In this document: positions 50,576-64,000 of the stretch, piece by piece
Numbering within the stretch: position 1 is the stretch's first letter
Layout of the letters: the number at the start of each line of letters is the position of its first letter
DNA from: Lama glama
Lineage: Eukaryota
Direction of reading: 5' to 3'
DNA length: 64,000 nt
Assembly (NCBI GenBank): GCA_028534125.1
Contig: CM052817.1
Coordinates: 31,188,001 to 31,252,000, forward strand
Program-made: the position numbers and the translations under genes
Notes under the pieces: model-generated
Told to the model about the DNA's origin: nothing
Databases searched by the model: none
Seen by the model: only the letters and a program-made list of their open reading frames with translations

Positions 50576-51052
50576 TGTGGTAGGCAACATAATGCTTTTC
50601 CAGAGAAGTCCACACCCCGAGTCCCAGAACTTATGAATAGGTTACTTTACATAACTTACATGGCAGAAGGGATATAAGTTAAGGAATCTGAGATGGGGAA
50701 ATTACCCTGAATTATCCAGGTGAGCCCGTGGCAGTCATGGGGTCCTTATAAGCAGAAGAGGGAGGTAAGAGAGTGGGTGTCAGAACTACAGTGTAAGAAA
50801 GACTCAGTGGGCCATTGCTTATTTGAAGATGGAAAGGGGCCACAAGCCAAGGAATGCAGAAGCCTCCAGAAGCTGGAAAAGGCAGGAACAGATTGCCCCC
50901 CAGAGCCTCCAGAAGGAATGCGGTACTACCAACACTTTAACTTTAGCCCAGTGAGACCTATTTTGGGCTCTGACCTCTATAATTCTAAGGTACTATATCT
51001 GTGTTGTTTTAAGCTCCCAAGTTGTTATAACAGCAGTAGGAAACTAATTCAG
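50576..51052 (+). mobile_element. MLT1D-like LTR
   Basis: tgtggtaggca...gaagatggaaaggggccacaagccaaggaatgc...cagagcctccagaaggaatgc...cagcagtaggaaactaat. Confidence 0.85.
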
Positions 51053-52169
51053 GCACCTTACTAAGTATCCTCACTATAGGCATCTGCTGAGCTAGCCTTC
51101 CAAAAATCCGATGAAACTGCTCCTGTAATTAACTCTTCTTTACAGAGTTTGAGAGAGAAGGAAACTGAAACTTACAAGAGTTATTTAACTTACCCAAGAA
51201 TTGAGTTGGAACATGACATACACATACGCACACACCCACACACACTTCTCACTTTGGAAAAGGTACACAAGTTAAAAAAAAATCAACCATTATATGCACA
51301 TAAAAATTTATTTTTCGATGATGTGAGCTTGAAATTAATTCCTTATCTTTATTTCTCTAGCCATGTGGTAAGACATTTACTTTGCATTTTCTATGTGCCA
51401 GGAACTATGTATTTCCTCTCTGCTGAAAGTAAATTACAAAATTTAGTAAGAAGTTCTTATCATCATGATGTTTAAAGATTTGTTGAGGGGGACAGGCATG
51501 CAATCTAAAAATAAGGACCCCGCTACAAATGCTTTGAGAATGATATACATAGAGCAATCTGGTGACGGAAAGTAGAGAAGGAGCTGTCATTCCATTTGAG
51601 AAAGTCAGAAGAGGCTTCTCAGGGGAGAATGATCCACAATGTGAATCTTAAAAGATGGTTAAAGGTTTTCTAGGTTTGAGCAAAGCATTGGTGGGGAAGG
51701 AGTTGTAGTAATAGGGAATGGAGGACTTTCTAGATAGAGAGATATGCAAAAACTGAGCAGCAAGTAATGAAACGTGGCAAGCACAGAGGTGACTGAAAAG
51801 AGAAAAGGCTAGAAAGGAAGTAGAAGCCAGACTGTGAAGGGTATTCCTGTTAAAGGTTTGGAATCGATCTTGTTGTGATGGAGAACTGCTGAAGGGTCTT
51901 AAATGGGGTGGAATGTTAGGATGATCACTCTGGCAACAGGGTGATGCTTGAAAGGGGCTAAGTCTAGCAGACTGTTAGAAGGGTATTGCAACAGTCCAAG
52001 TGAGAAAAGAGGAAGGCCTGACCCAAGGCAAAAGCAATGAGGACAAAGGGAACATTTGGGAGAGAGATTTTGGAAGCAAAATTAAGAGAATATAACAAGA
52101 AGAGTCATAGGTCCCTTCAAGGTTTCTGGTTTCAATTACTGAGAAAATGAAGTTATTTACCAAGATGGG

Positions 52170-52615
52170 GGTGGTAGTCATTACTGCTGTTTAGCAAATA
52201 TTTTCAGTTCTCTCCCATTCTACTAGGGCACATGCTGGAGTTATGTTCTCTGGCCTCATTCTCTGTCTCTTGACGTCTTTGATGTTGGTCAAAGGGTACA
52301 AACTTCTAGTTATGAGATGAGTAAGTTCTGGTGATCTACTGTATAGCATTGTGATTATAATGAATGACATTGCATTATATGCTTTAAAAAAAGAAACTCC
52401 AGTGCTCTTTTTCTTTCTCTCTGGCATAATAACCACAAAGGTTCAAGCTGGTCCATCAATTCAGTCCCTGAATGGCCTGAATGAGCATAGCCCCCTTGTC
52501 AGCTTGCAAAGGAAATGCTGCATGAATGAGAAACTGACCTTTATTGTTTTTAAACCTCAAGCATATTAGGATTACTTTTGTTACACAGTATAGCATAGCC
52601 TGTCCTGACTAATAA
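52170..52615 (+). mobile_element. Old MLT1 LTR carrying an L1 3'UTR fragment (~52281-52390), set within L2 sequence
   Basis: MLT ends (gtggtagtcatt..., tgttacacagtatagcatagcctgtcctgactaata); internal gtcaaagggtacaaactt.tagttat L1 piece. Confidence 0.65.
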
Positions 52616-53459
52616 AAGAGATAAAAGAAAATGAAAAATAGAAGTCGTAGAAGTTTACTTTTGTTAGTGTAATTATTATGAATACATTGAGTATAAAATG
52701 CCTATGAAATATTCAAGGGGAAAAAAGTCTAAATCTGGAGCAATCTAAACACTCCCTACAGAAGCCCTTGCCAGGCTACCCCACAAATTTGCATCTTCTT
52801 TGTGTTCCCTTGAGCACACTCTGTTTATATCAATCATATATACACTAAAGTGAAACTGTTTTCTTGTCTGCCTTCCTCAGAGGTAGGAAGGTATATTATG
52901 CATGCCTGCATCCCAGGCGCATGGCAGAATGCTTGGCACCAGTGTAGGTCTCAATAGGTATTTGTTGAATGTATGAATGATGAAGGAAGTCATGGGAGTG
53001 GATGACACTGTCAAGAAAGATAGGGACGTGAAGTGAGAAGATTGCTTAGGACAGACACTCTAACATTTAATGGATAGATAGAAAAAGATGAGCTTAAGGA
53101 GACAGAGAAAGAGCAGCCAGAAACAGAAGGAAAATCAGAAATGATACTATCCAGGCAAAGCAGAAGAGCTCTTCGAGAAGAAAGGAGTAGTCAAGACTGA
53201 GAAAGGTCATATCAGAGCATCACATCTTAGTGGAAGAAAGCACTGTTGGCATGAACAATGAACACACTCATTCAGAACAGGCATAAACAAACAGAAAGCC
53301 TACGCTCTCCATTTCAAACTCTTGTTCAAACACACATTGGTTCCAAGTGCTGCACATTCAAATAAGTGCTGCACACTGGGGGCCTTGGTTAGAACAGATT
53401 TAGTAGCATGAAAAGAAGAGAAAGAGGAAAAGATCAGATTGCAGTGGATTAAGGACTGG

Positions 53460-53600
53460 ATGAAGCATAGAAATCACCTGGGGATCTTGTTAGACAGCAA
53501 ATTCAGCAGGTCTGGAGATTCCAGATTCTGCATTGCATGCAAACTCCCAAGTGATGCTGACGTTGTTGGTCCACGGACGACACTCTGAGTACAAGGCTTT
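53460..53600. mobile_element. MER5A-like DNA transposon
   Basis: aatcacctgggga.cttgtta...attctgcatt...ctcccaagtgatgctga...ggtccacggac.acact.tgagta. Confidence 0.75.
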
Positions 53601-56399
53601 AGACCACCCTTCCCAAAACTTTAGACATTATGCATAACCTCAGGCCTGAGCAATTAAAGGAAAAATATTCTTCAGTTTGAGAACTCTACACTGATGAATC
53701 TGCACAAAAGGCCAGGGCTATGAAAGGAATTTAGAGATTTAAATAAGGAATGTGGAGGCAGGTCAGAAAAGATCATAGAAAATCTGAAAGTTCTGCTGTA
53801 AGGAAATAAGGATCTGGAAGGTTTTCCGTTTTATAATAGTATTCAAAATACAACATTGTAAGTTAGGAAGTTAAGATTCTTATCATTCCAAATTCTTGTA
53901 AAAGCCCCAAGCTGCTAAGAAATTTGCTAAGAGAAAAACTACAGTTAAGTTCAATAATCTTCAGCTCCTTTAGCATTTCTGAAGAAGAAAATCACTTTTA
54001 TAGAGGAAAATTTCTCTTGAGTTCAAGGAAAACGGACTATGTACCATATTTCCTACACTTCTGACCATACTAATTCCCTTCTTCATTGCATGACAGAAAT
54101 TTAAAAATTAATAAGCCCCATGTAGACTTTTCACAGTATTAAGAAAACTAGGAAAGTAACCTTAGGCCATTCTTCATAAGCTTAAAGCTAAAACAAAGAA
54201 AATTTATTCTAAATGTGGATGAGTGGACAAGTCTTTGAAACCAAGTCTTAAGTCTGCAAAAATCAGTTCAGACCATACTCCAAAGTACCACATTTGTAGA
54301 GCACTTGCAATAACTCCCCATTTCTTCTCCCTGCCACATATTCTACCCTTTCTCCACATAGCTGGCAAAAGCAACTTTTCACAGCCCTAACCGGATCAAT
54401 CACGCCTACTCTATCATCCCCTACTCCAGTCATCCCCGACTCCACCATCCTCATGGTGAAGTTCCATCAGTCATCCCCTACTCCATCATCCTTATGATGA
54501 AGTTCATGTTTAAAGTGTCACACCCACCTCAGGGAAGGCTTTTCCCATCTTACTTCAGACCAGGTTCAGATCCTGTCATCAGTTCCCAAAGAAACTGTCT
54601 CTTCCCATATAGGAGCTAACTTCGTGGTAATTAATCAATTGTGTGATCATTTTCAAGCCCCTCTCCCTCACTGAACTAGGAAACCCAAAAGGGTAGGCTA
54701 GATTCAGGGCTGTACCCAATGCTTATGGGATATAGCCTTGAACTTAACAGGCACTCAGTAAATGTTCGTTAAAGGAATAAACAGTATCAAATTATATCTA
54801 CAATTTTGTGTCTGTTAAATGGGCTCAACATATCAACACAATTTTACTGTAAATGTTGCATATATATGTTTCTGTATTATTTATGTATTGACATATAATT
54901 TAAGGCAGGTGTCATCTAATCTCTGATAAAGTATTCCATGGCACAAGCTGACTCTTCTGCTCGTGATGGCTATGTAACTAGCTGCCAGTCCAGTTCTTAT
55001 AAGAGAGGAATGAGTCTATGAATGCAACGCTCAGGCCTGAGCATAGAAGTCAGGTGAAACACCATCACATTGCAGGTGTAGCAGTTGGTCAACTTTATTC
55101 CTTCCTAGCTACTTTACTGACAATTAAACTATGCTATGGCAATGGCTTGGTCATAGGGTTATGGGTTTATGGATTATGGGTTTATTATGCCAGCAGGTCA
55201 TAGCACACAGATTTCAGTTCTTATGGATAGAGTTAAAAGGAGATAAGCACATTTTTGGTCAATTTTTGAGTGAACTAGAGCTATTTACTAAATCACTATC
55301 TAATATTAACAGTTATGTTCATAAGCAAAAACAACTTTCATTATGAACTTTGTCACTTTATAAAATCACTTTCATAGATATTATCTCATTTGACTTCCAT
55401 AATAATTCTGTGATGTGAATAAGAATCATGTACCTATCCCACAGAGAAGGTAAAACATCTGACCGGAAGTCACACATCTAGTAAATGGAAGAGTAAGATG
55501 CCAAACCCAGACCTCCGAGTGTCCAGCTATACGTTTTCTTCTATGTCATATGGCCTTTCAGTATTAGACTGTATCGGAAGAAATAAAAACCTGAGTATAA
55601 TATTGTACTTTTCCCACTCTTCAGTTTTCCTTTCAATTTCTTTCAAAAACACCAATCTTTGGAACCAGACTATCTGCTGATTTTAGAAATACTACACTAA
55701 ATTAAACTAAACCTTTGTAGCTCCAGCTTCAGTTGAAGGGATTGAGGAGAGGAACAATTTGCTACTGCTTTCCTCTATAGCCTGCTGCTGAAATAATTCC
55801 TCAGAAAGTCCAACTCTCTTATCTTTAGAAATCTTTTTGCCCTCTTCACTTTAGGCACGAGAGAAGCCCCAACAGACAAAATTAAAGACACAGAGTGCAT
55901 CTTGTTTGTTAGCATAAGGCTTCTATTAGCTTTTCCTAACCAATAATCCCCTCACTATCACCTCTTTGTCCTTTGAAGCCAGAGCTCCTGTTACATGTAC
56001 ACACGTGGCATTCCAGCATCCCTAGCAACCCTTACAGACCCAGAAATAACCACAAGACTTTGAAAGAGCACGGAGTTACCAACTCAAACCAAACAGAACA
56101 TTTTTTAAAACAAAGCAGAATTTAATGTGGTTTTTTAAAACAAAGATATAAAATGATTTTATTGCTCATCACAGCAACAAACATCTGTTATATAAAACAG
56201 GAAATGTTCATTTGGGCAGATATTATTTAATATATCTATATCAAATCACCTGGTACAGAATCTATGAAAAGAATGTTTTTGAAGACTGTTGGGAAAATCC
56301 CACTTTCTAAAGGTCACCTACATATAAGTCAAAATAGCACTTAGAGAAGGTTACAAATTGGGACACTTCCTAATTCACACAAAAGTGATTAAAAAAAAA

Positions 56400-56935
56400 T
56401 TCTGCTCCTACGTATAAACCCAAGAGAAATGGAAACATATTTCCACACAAAAACTTGCACATGAAAGTTCAGAGCACCATTATTCAAAAAGCCAGAAGAC
56501 AGAAACAACTAAAATGTCCAATTGATAAATGGAATTTTTTAATGTGGTAAATCCATGCAATGGAGTACTATTTGGCCTTCAGGTATCAGGTATTGATACA
56601 TACTACAACATAGCTGGAAATATTACGCGCAGTGAAAGAAGTCAGTCACAAAAACCACACGTGGTCATATGAAATGTCTATAATAAGGAAATCTAGAGAG
56701 ACAGAAAGTAGATTAGTGATTGCTTAGGGCTGGGGCAAGGCGGGGGGACAGAAAGATGGGGGTGATCACCAGAAGGGAACAGTTTCCTCTTGAGGCAATG
56801 AAAATATTCCAAAAATGACTGTGGTGATGGTTACGTTTACCTGTGATTATACTAAAAATGACTGAAATAAACACACACTTTACACGGGTGAATTGTATGG
56901 TCTGTAAAGTGTATTTCAATAAAGCCATTAAAAAA
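56400..56935 (+). mobile_element. L1MB/MC 3' end
   Basis: cccaagagaaatg.aaacatat..ccacacaaaaacttgcac...gacagaaagtagattagtgattgc...tttcaataaagc. Confidence 0.85.
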
Positions 56936-58766
56936 GTTTAAATTTAATAAATAAATTAATTAAAGTAATCCAGTTAAAGCACCGTTTTAATAGCACCCTC
57001 CTCTGCTCAGTGCCCTCTAAGCACTGAGGTACTTGAAAGTGTGTTTCAGACTGATTTAGCACTCTACCTGAGAATGAAAGGAAGCATTCTTCACTGTGTG
57101 TGAGCCGTTCCACCACACAGCATCCTGAGAATCCGACTGGTAAAAATAATGGTGGTAACACTGAGGTATGAGCCTCTACCAGACGGACCCTCCCAGACAT
57201 AATAACAATTACAAAGTCTGGACAAATACAAAAAAGCAACTCCCCGAAGGCATGGGAAAGGAAACAAAAGCAGGCCAAGTCTGGAGGGGAGCCGGGTCTT
57301 GGAAGAAGAGAGTGGCAGAGATGAGTTTCAGGGTTTTGCCCTGCCTTTGGCCCGAGAGCAGCCCGCAGCTGGCCCCACAGGGTGCAGGGCGATTCAAACT
57401 CCAGCAGAAAACCTGCAGGCCTCATGGCCTGAGGCACTTTCCGTCCTCTTCCTACTTGTCACCCTGTGACCTGTGATGCAACTCTCTGCCCTTGGTTTCT
57501 GTGAAACCCAGCATTTCCGGGTTCCTTCCCATCTTCTCGAACGACTCTTCCTGTATCTCTTGATCCTTCCTCTTTGTCTCCCCTAAATACCAGCAGCCTC
57601 CAGGCTTTCCCTCAGCTTTTCATCAGTCCACTTCCCCCGGTTCATCTACCCCTGCTGCTTCCTCTACTACCGAGCCTCCCGCCTTCGTAGCTGCTGTCAG
57701 CCTCCCTTCTGGATAGTTCTAGTTGCAGACCAGTAACAGTGGGGTGGAACTTAAATTCTAAAGTCAGCACAGAAGCCAAAATCTCAGACAGATTCAGTTT
57801 CCCTTAAAATTCCTTAGGAAGGAAAGGTGTTAGTGCTTTTTTTTTTTTTTTAGTTTTTCAATAGAGTAGTTTACTTTTAAATATACCTTACAAATATTAT
57901 TTGATGATTTATAATAACTGATTGGAAAGAAATAATGATTTGAAATACAGAAAAACCTGCATGAATTATATTCTTACATTTTAAAAGGTTACCTGACCAG
58001 AATATGTTATTAATAGAGGATCTGGGAGACTTAGGGAGAAATATAGTTTGAAGCCATTTCTTAAAGTTTTTTTTTTTAAGATTACTCAGAGTTGCTTGAG
58101 GGAGGACAAGCAGAGCTGATGTTTGATTGTGTTGGGGGCATCTTCCTCTGCACAGCAAAGTTAATTTACTTCCATGGTTTGGTGTTAGAGTTCTTATGTT
58201 CTTCCATTTCTTGGTTCAGCCTTTACTGTTGAATTTGTTCAAGATAAACGCCCTTAAACTATGATTCCACTATATTTGTTTGCCCCATAAAGTATCTCCA
58301 ACTTAACATGTCCAAACTGAACTTCCAGCCTGCCTCCATCTACCTGCACCCCACTTCTTCACCTTTACTTCCTATATTAACAGATGGCACCAAAGTCAAC
58401 CTGGTTGCTCAAGCCAGAAATCCAGGAGTCTACCTTGACTCCTCTTTCTCCCTCACACCAAAATTCAGTCTTGATTTCTGTTGATTTTAATGCCCAAATA
58501 TCTTAATCCAGGCCCTTATCATCTTTTACTTGGACCATAGCCAGTCACCATATTGGTCTCCCTCGCCTTCATTTCTTTCCACTCCCAACCCCCTGCAGTC
58601 TATCCAGGTCTGCTGTCTTTTGCAAATGCAAATCTGATCAGATTTCTTCCTACTCGGAAAGATCCTCCAATGGTCGTACCACCACCTATAGCAGTAGAAA
58701 TCACTCTTCTAAATCACACAAATTTTAATTTTAACTTCATTTTCCTTTAATAACAGCATCACTCAC

Positions 58767-58911
58767 CAACAAAGGAGAGCAGGATCACCAGCAGGACAAT
58801 GAGAGCACAGATACACGGAATCAGGACCAGCAACAGGAAACGGAGAGTAGTAACAGTCGCCAGCTTCTGAGAGCAGCCATCACCCATGTTATTGTCATCA
58901 GCTCCCAAGAC
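58767..58911 (-). CDS. CORIN: CORIN coding exon 2 (145 bp): cytoplasmic tail and transmembrane helix, VLGADDNNMGDGCSQKLATVTTLRFLLLVLIPCICALIVLLVILLSFV(G)
   Basis: Translation closely matches the corin N-terminus as I recall it (DDNNM..CSQKLAT..LRFLLLVLIPCICAL). Acceptor cttcag|GTC, donor GTTG|gtgagt, phase 0 to 1. Confidence 0.97.
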
Positions 58912-59749
58912 CTGAAGCAGGTGAAGAAAACAAAACATGGCTGCAATATTACAAAGCAACTCAGTACATCGTCTGAAACGGTACAGCTGTCCGTTCAGAG
59001 CAGCAGCATTCCTGAGAGATTTTACTGCGTGTACTTCAAGGCATGAAATGAGGTTAGTCACCAAATCATATTAATAAAAAAATAACTGTACAAACCACAT
59101 TCAAGGCAGAGCAAATCATCCATTTCTGAAATGTTTTTCAGGAGTATATGAACTTGTAAAGATATTCCATCTTGATTTTTGCCAATTTGCCAATAAAATA
59201 CATTGGCCAATTTGGTACTATTCCAAAGGGCTCTGAATTACCATGGCAAGAACTTACCTTGGCCTAGAGCTCTAAGCAAAGATGGCCTAATACAGTGATA
59301 AAAATGTTGGTGAGGAGCTGAAGACACATTATCCAGACTTCATTCTTATTTGTCTCATTAGTCCTAACTCAGATCTTCATGAATCTGGATAAAGTAAGTT
59401 TTTAGCAATTAATAATTCAGCAAGATTGAGTATTACTGGCCATGTATTTAAGGGCAAGTTGAAAAAGAGCATATTCTGTGGGCCACTGACACTCTCTCAG
59501 GACACCCTCCACAGTCCACAATGCCCCTGCCACCCATCTATTTGTGAGAGATGAGATGCAACAGTGATGGCTCAACAAAATAAAGTTCTTGTCTTCAGAT
59601 GGTTTAAATTTTGCTTAGTTGCATCTCTTGCCAGAAACGATGTCTGTGTACTTTTTAAAATTCTCCATGAGAGAGATTATTTGAAAGAACATAAGATGTG
59701 AGCTTGAGAATGGCTTGATTTCCTAGATTAATGTCTTTGCTGACCCATT

Positions 59750-60237
59750 CCCTCTGCACCTGATTTAATCTACCAGCCGACGTGAGATCATTCAGAGTTA
59801 ATTTACAATTTGATCTGCAAGATGAAGTGGCATTGTGTTGGAGGAGGTCATGGAGAGGACATGACCCACCAGTTGACAGCCGAGCTGGACTCAGGCAATC
59901 GGAGGCTCCTCACCCTCTCTTTTGTTCTTGGAATGTACATTACGTCCACTGTTCTCACTGCTGTTTTCAAGGTCACAGCCTTGAGAGAGCAAGGTGTTGT
60001 TGAGACCATATGGATGGTATACATGACTGAAACCCATTAAGGCTTCTATATAAACTCTGATAGGCATGGAGATTTAGTCACCTTGCCCAAGACAAACCTT
60101 GCATGTAAGTTCCCTTGCTTATTAAAACCGCCATCTACCAATCTGGAGGTGGGCTGTCTCTTTCTTCAGTCACTCCCTTTGCCCCTGCTTTTATGGGAGC
60201 CAGTTTCAGAACTCACCCAAGTTTGTGAACCAATACA
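59750..60237 (+). mobile_element. Probable old ERV LTR
   Basis: TATA-like ctatataaac, attaaa signal after taagttcccttgctt, ends ...ccaataca; 5' boundary uncertain. Confidence 0.5.
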
Positions 60238-61599
60238 CTGATACAATGTAAGATCTGCAACAGCACATTGATTACAACACCAGCATTGGGTGGGTGGTGC
60301 CCTTTCAGACACGGAGATAACACTTATCTGTAAAAAGCAAGTGTGGGACTGCAGCCCAACAGAGGTAGAATTGACTTATTTCATTTACTCAACAAGTAGT
60401 TATTGAACAGCTACTAATTATAATAAGCGTACTGATGGATATAACAATGATTTCAGACCAACTGCCCCACAGAAGCTCACAATGTTGCAGGAAAGAAAGA
60501 TACGTACATAAATAACTATATCACAAGGTAGTAAATGATAAATACCATGACACTTACAGGAATTCAGAAGATACGAATATGACTTCTTGCTAGAGGATCA
60601 GGTAAGACATTGTAGAGAACCAGCACTTGAATGAGCCATGATTCTCAGAAAAGTACCCCTGAAAAGCCCTGTCATAGTTTAGAAGGGTGGTAAAATATAT
60701 CCGGAAAGGTAAGGAGTTACAGGTTTTCTTTGGCTTCTGCAATAATAGGAAGCATGTCTTTGTTAAGGTGGTCACAGGAGCATTTCGGGGTGCACCTTCT
60801 TGGGTGGTAAATTCACAATGGCTTCCGTGTTAGCTGGAATCCTGTGGCCAAATACATCCCATTCAGTATTCATAAGTGAAGCATCAGTAGAGAAAGTGCT
60901 AGAGGTTCAGTTTACTATCTCGTGAAAGTCTATATCAATAAATACTTGACCTCCAGAAACCATATTCACAATTAGTCCAAATGTTTCCTCCAGCGACCAG
61001 GAAATTGACTACTTTTATCAAGGGGAGAAAAGGAAGAAATACTTAGAAGAAATTCAGCACTAAGAAATATTTAGAAGAAATCTCAACGTTCCTCAAATGC
61101 ATAACCTTTCTCCTGCCTTCATGGCTACTTGGGGCTACTGCTGTAAATGCTGCATTATTCAGAGGCCCTTTAAGGTTCCTCTGAATATAATGCAACTCTC
61201 GAACTTGACTGTTGAGGGCATAATGCCAGATGAGATAAACTGCAAGGACAATTCCCAAGCTTCATTTCAGCCCTCTGTCCAGAAGGCATCCTTTTCCAGA
61301 AATTACCCTCCACGCACTTAAAACTGTAAGCCAAGCACAGGCACAGCATCCCATGGTGCAGACAGGGAGCAACGCACCTGGTTGACCTGCACATATTTCA
61401 AATATGTAGTTCTTATGTTTTATTAATCCTGTTGGTGAAAATTCACTTCTTATATCTCAAAAACTACATCTACTTTAAAAGGCATCGTGTTGGCTTACAT
61501 AACATGTATGGAAACAATCTACCTAACTGGGTTACCTGGAGCCACTGGCTCCATTGAGAGGCCTTCTCTTCCCTCTCTTCTACATTCTTAACTCTGTTA

Positions 61600-62890
61600 C
61601 ATTTCTCTCCCAGCTTGCTGATTCAACTTTTCTCACGATGGTCATTCTCTATCTCTTCAGGACCCTCCTGAATCTCTAATCCCTCTCTCTTCTCCCAGGA
61701 TATCAACTCTCTCCTTTTTTCACTTCCTTACATATCATCTTTAGAGTCTTTGGGCCATTATTTCAATGGTACTCTTGCTAATGCCCTGAACCCCCTTACC
61801 CATCCAGATTTTCTTCTCAACCATCTTGTAAAAGCCAACATCAAATGAATCCAACAGTCCTGTCTCTCTGTATCTACACTTGGACAGTTGAATGTGGCAG
61901 TAAAAAGTCACCCAACAGGACTACTTGATGGCTGATTTAAAGTCTTCATTCTCCCCCAATCACCTTTTCCCACTCTTCTGCCCACACTTTCAGAAGAGGG
62001 TCCATCCCAATTCCCACCCTACAGAGAGAATAATAACCATCAAGTGAGAACTGCCTCACCTACCTAAATTTCAGCCTACACACCAGCTCGTTTATGAACC
62101 CTTCTCTCCTATAGAGATGCTACTTAAGACTCCTCCTGTTCAAGACTAACCCTTCCATGTGTGTCACCAACTTCATTTCCTTCTCCCTTCTCAGGAATTT
62201 GACATCTTAATTCTCCATTGAATCATATATCCAGTCTCGATTTACCTTTCTCCCTCTCCCTCTCTTTCTCCTATACCACTGCCATCAGCTTTTTATGTTA
62301 AGGTCTCTCCCAGTCATTTCTTCAATCCATCCTCAAGCTTATATCTCATTTCAGCCACCATCCTCTCTCCTTTATCATCCAAAATGATCTGATAGTTCTT
62401 AATATTTATTGTCCAAATTTCCTAACTTAACTCTCTACCCTTGTGACGTCTACAATTTAACACCCACTTCTGTCACTGCACCAAAGGAGCTTTTGCTATG
62501 GTCACCAATGACCTCCATGTTGCTCTATCCAAATGACATTTTTCAGTCATCCTTGTAATGACATCTGAGCATCATTTGACAGATCAAATTCTCAGCCATT
62601 CCCATATTCCTCAAGCTCTTTTCCCCTTTGACTTCTCTTTCTGTAAGCTCTTCTCTCACATTCACTTTCTCCAGGCAATGCCACCCACACAAACAGCATC
62701 ACCAGCCCTACGCATGTGACATACATCTTTAAGTAGCAAGCGTATTTTTTTTCTCTGTGCTCCAGACCTTTTATCCAACTGGCCTCCTCAGTGGAGGCTG
62801 CAAAAATACCCCAAACCCAACAGGTCTGAAGCCAAATAATCTTCATGCCCACATCTGGTATTCTCCCATGGCTCCCTATCTCAGGAAGAG
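61600..62890 (+). mobile_element. Long degraded L2 segment
   Basis: Pyrimidine-rich; ggtcaccaatgacctccatgttgct..atccaaatgacatttttcagtc.tc is the L2 ORF2 signature. Confidence 0.7.
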
Positions 62891-62949
62891 GTAACTGAGC
62901 ACCTGTTCTGTGTCAGGCACTGTTTGGGCACTCGGGATGCATCACTGTG

Positions 62950-63161
62950 CAAACCATAGGTCACAGGCTAAACCCAGCCACTGCCTGTTTTTATACATAA
63001 AGTTTTATTGGCAGACAACCATGTTCATTCATTTGTATATTGTTAGAGCTGCTTTCCTGTGACAGCAACAGTACAGAGTAGTTACAACAGAGCCACCTGG
63101 CTCACCAGGCCTAAAATATTTACTATCTGACCCTTCACAGAAAAAGTTTGCCAACTCCTGA
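62950..63161 (+). mobile_element. MER58A (hAT-Charlie) DNA transposon
   Basis: ctgcctgtttt...aaagttttattgg...cctaaaatatttactatctgacccttcacagaaaaagtttgccaactcctg. Confidence 0.85.
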
Positions 63162-64000
63162 TATAGAGCATCACTATATACCTGCATATTTTGGAATTTT
63201 AAATTCTATAAATGTAATAGAACCAAATTAAATTATAAATTCTCTTAAGAAAATCACACTATCTCTTCACTAGGGCTCTCAGTGAAGCTAGATGTATAAC
63301 TGTGCAGATGGCAAACAGGCAGATACAACTGCCTAATTATTTCTGTAATACACAGTTACTCCACAAAAAGTTCAAAGATAAAATTAACCTTTAAAATAGA
63401 AAAAAAAATTATCAAGACTAGATGTATTATATTAGACGAAGAAAGGAAAGCACAAGTTTCAGGGATATTCAGACTGAAATGGGCCTGCAACATGCATTGT
63501 GAACTGTAAGAACAAACACTCAGGATGATCGGACTAGAAAGTACAAATTTATTGCTGCTTCTGTATACTCATAAATAATACCAACTCAGTTTTATCTATT
63601 TATATGCAAACATTGCCCTTTTCTCATCAGTGTACGCCCAGCATCCAGAACAGCACCTGAACAGTCAGTCTGTTGAACAAATAAATTCAGTCACCTACAC
63701 AAAACTTGCAAAGAACTCTTTTTTTTTTTTCAGTGATATATGCCTTACTAAGTCTACTCTTGAATCATCCAAAAATACTTGGAGGAGAACATGTACTTGA
63801 TAAGATAGTAAAAATATTTCCTTTCAGGGAAAATATACTAAAATCAATAAAATCAGGTTTTACTAGGACTATTTATTAGTACAACTCACAGTCAAATTTC
63901 CTGTGATGAGCTTTGAAGTCAGAAAATTTTGTCTCAGAAAGCAAATTGTTATGGATTTTATTACAGAAAAAAAAAAGAATTTTAAACACCACCTATGTTA

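Noticed and set aside
56928..57476. 169-aa and 102-aa ORFs in a GC-richer patch
   Set aside because: Looks like an old L1 5'-region fragment; no protein similarity recognised and too few CpGs for an island.
58912..59064. Upstream in-frame extension of the exon 2 ORF (MVTNLISC...)
   Set aside because: Lies upstream of a clear polypyrimidine/CAG acceptor and does not resemble corin exon 1; treated as intron read-through.
1..64000. A novel multi-gene or prokaryote-style system (operon, CRISPR, defence locus)
   Set aside because: The sequence is mammalian intronic DNA explained by CORIN exons and interspersed repeats; nothing supports such a system.

Overview
Eukaryotic (mammalian) genomic DNA, very probably camelid (alpaca/llama/camel), judged from a Vic-type tRNA-derived SINE. 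The whole window lies inside the CORIN gene (pro-ANP convertase, type II transmembrane serine protease) on the minus strand. Four coding exons are visible with canonical AG/GT boundaries and matching phases: 58911-58767, 48007-47807, 24061-23854 and 6375-6194. They correspond to exons 2-5 and encode the cytoplasmic tail with DDNN, the TM helix, the stem and the complete frizzled-1 domain. Exon 1 lies off the right edge and exon 6 onward off the left edge. The rest is intronic: L1, L2, MIR, MLT/ERV LTRs, MER DNA transposons, a U6 snRNA retrocopy and two exactly 500-N gaps. Nearly all other ORF-track entries are spurious or repeat-derived. I see no evidence of a genuinely new biological system. 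The best leads are an inverted pair of young LTRs (plus a third copy flanking exon 4), a Mutator-like transposase remnant, an orphan ~100-bp retro-insertion with a perfect 16-bp TSD, and a candidate cardiac enhancer. Repeat family names are from memory and boundaries are approximate unless a TSD is given.
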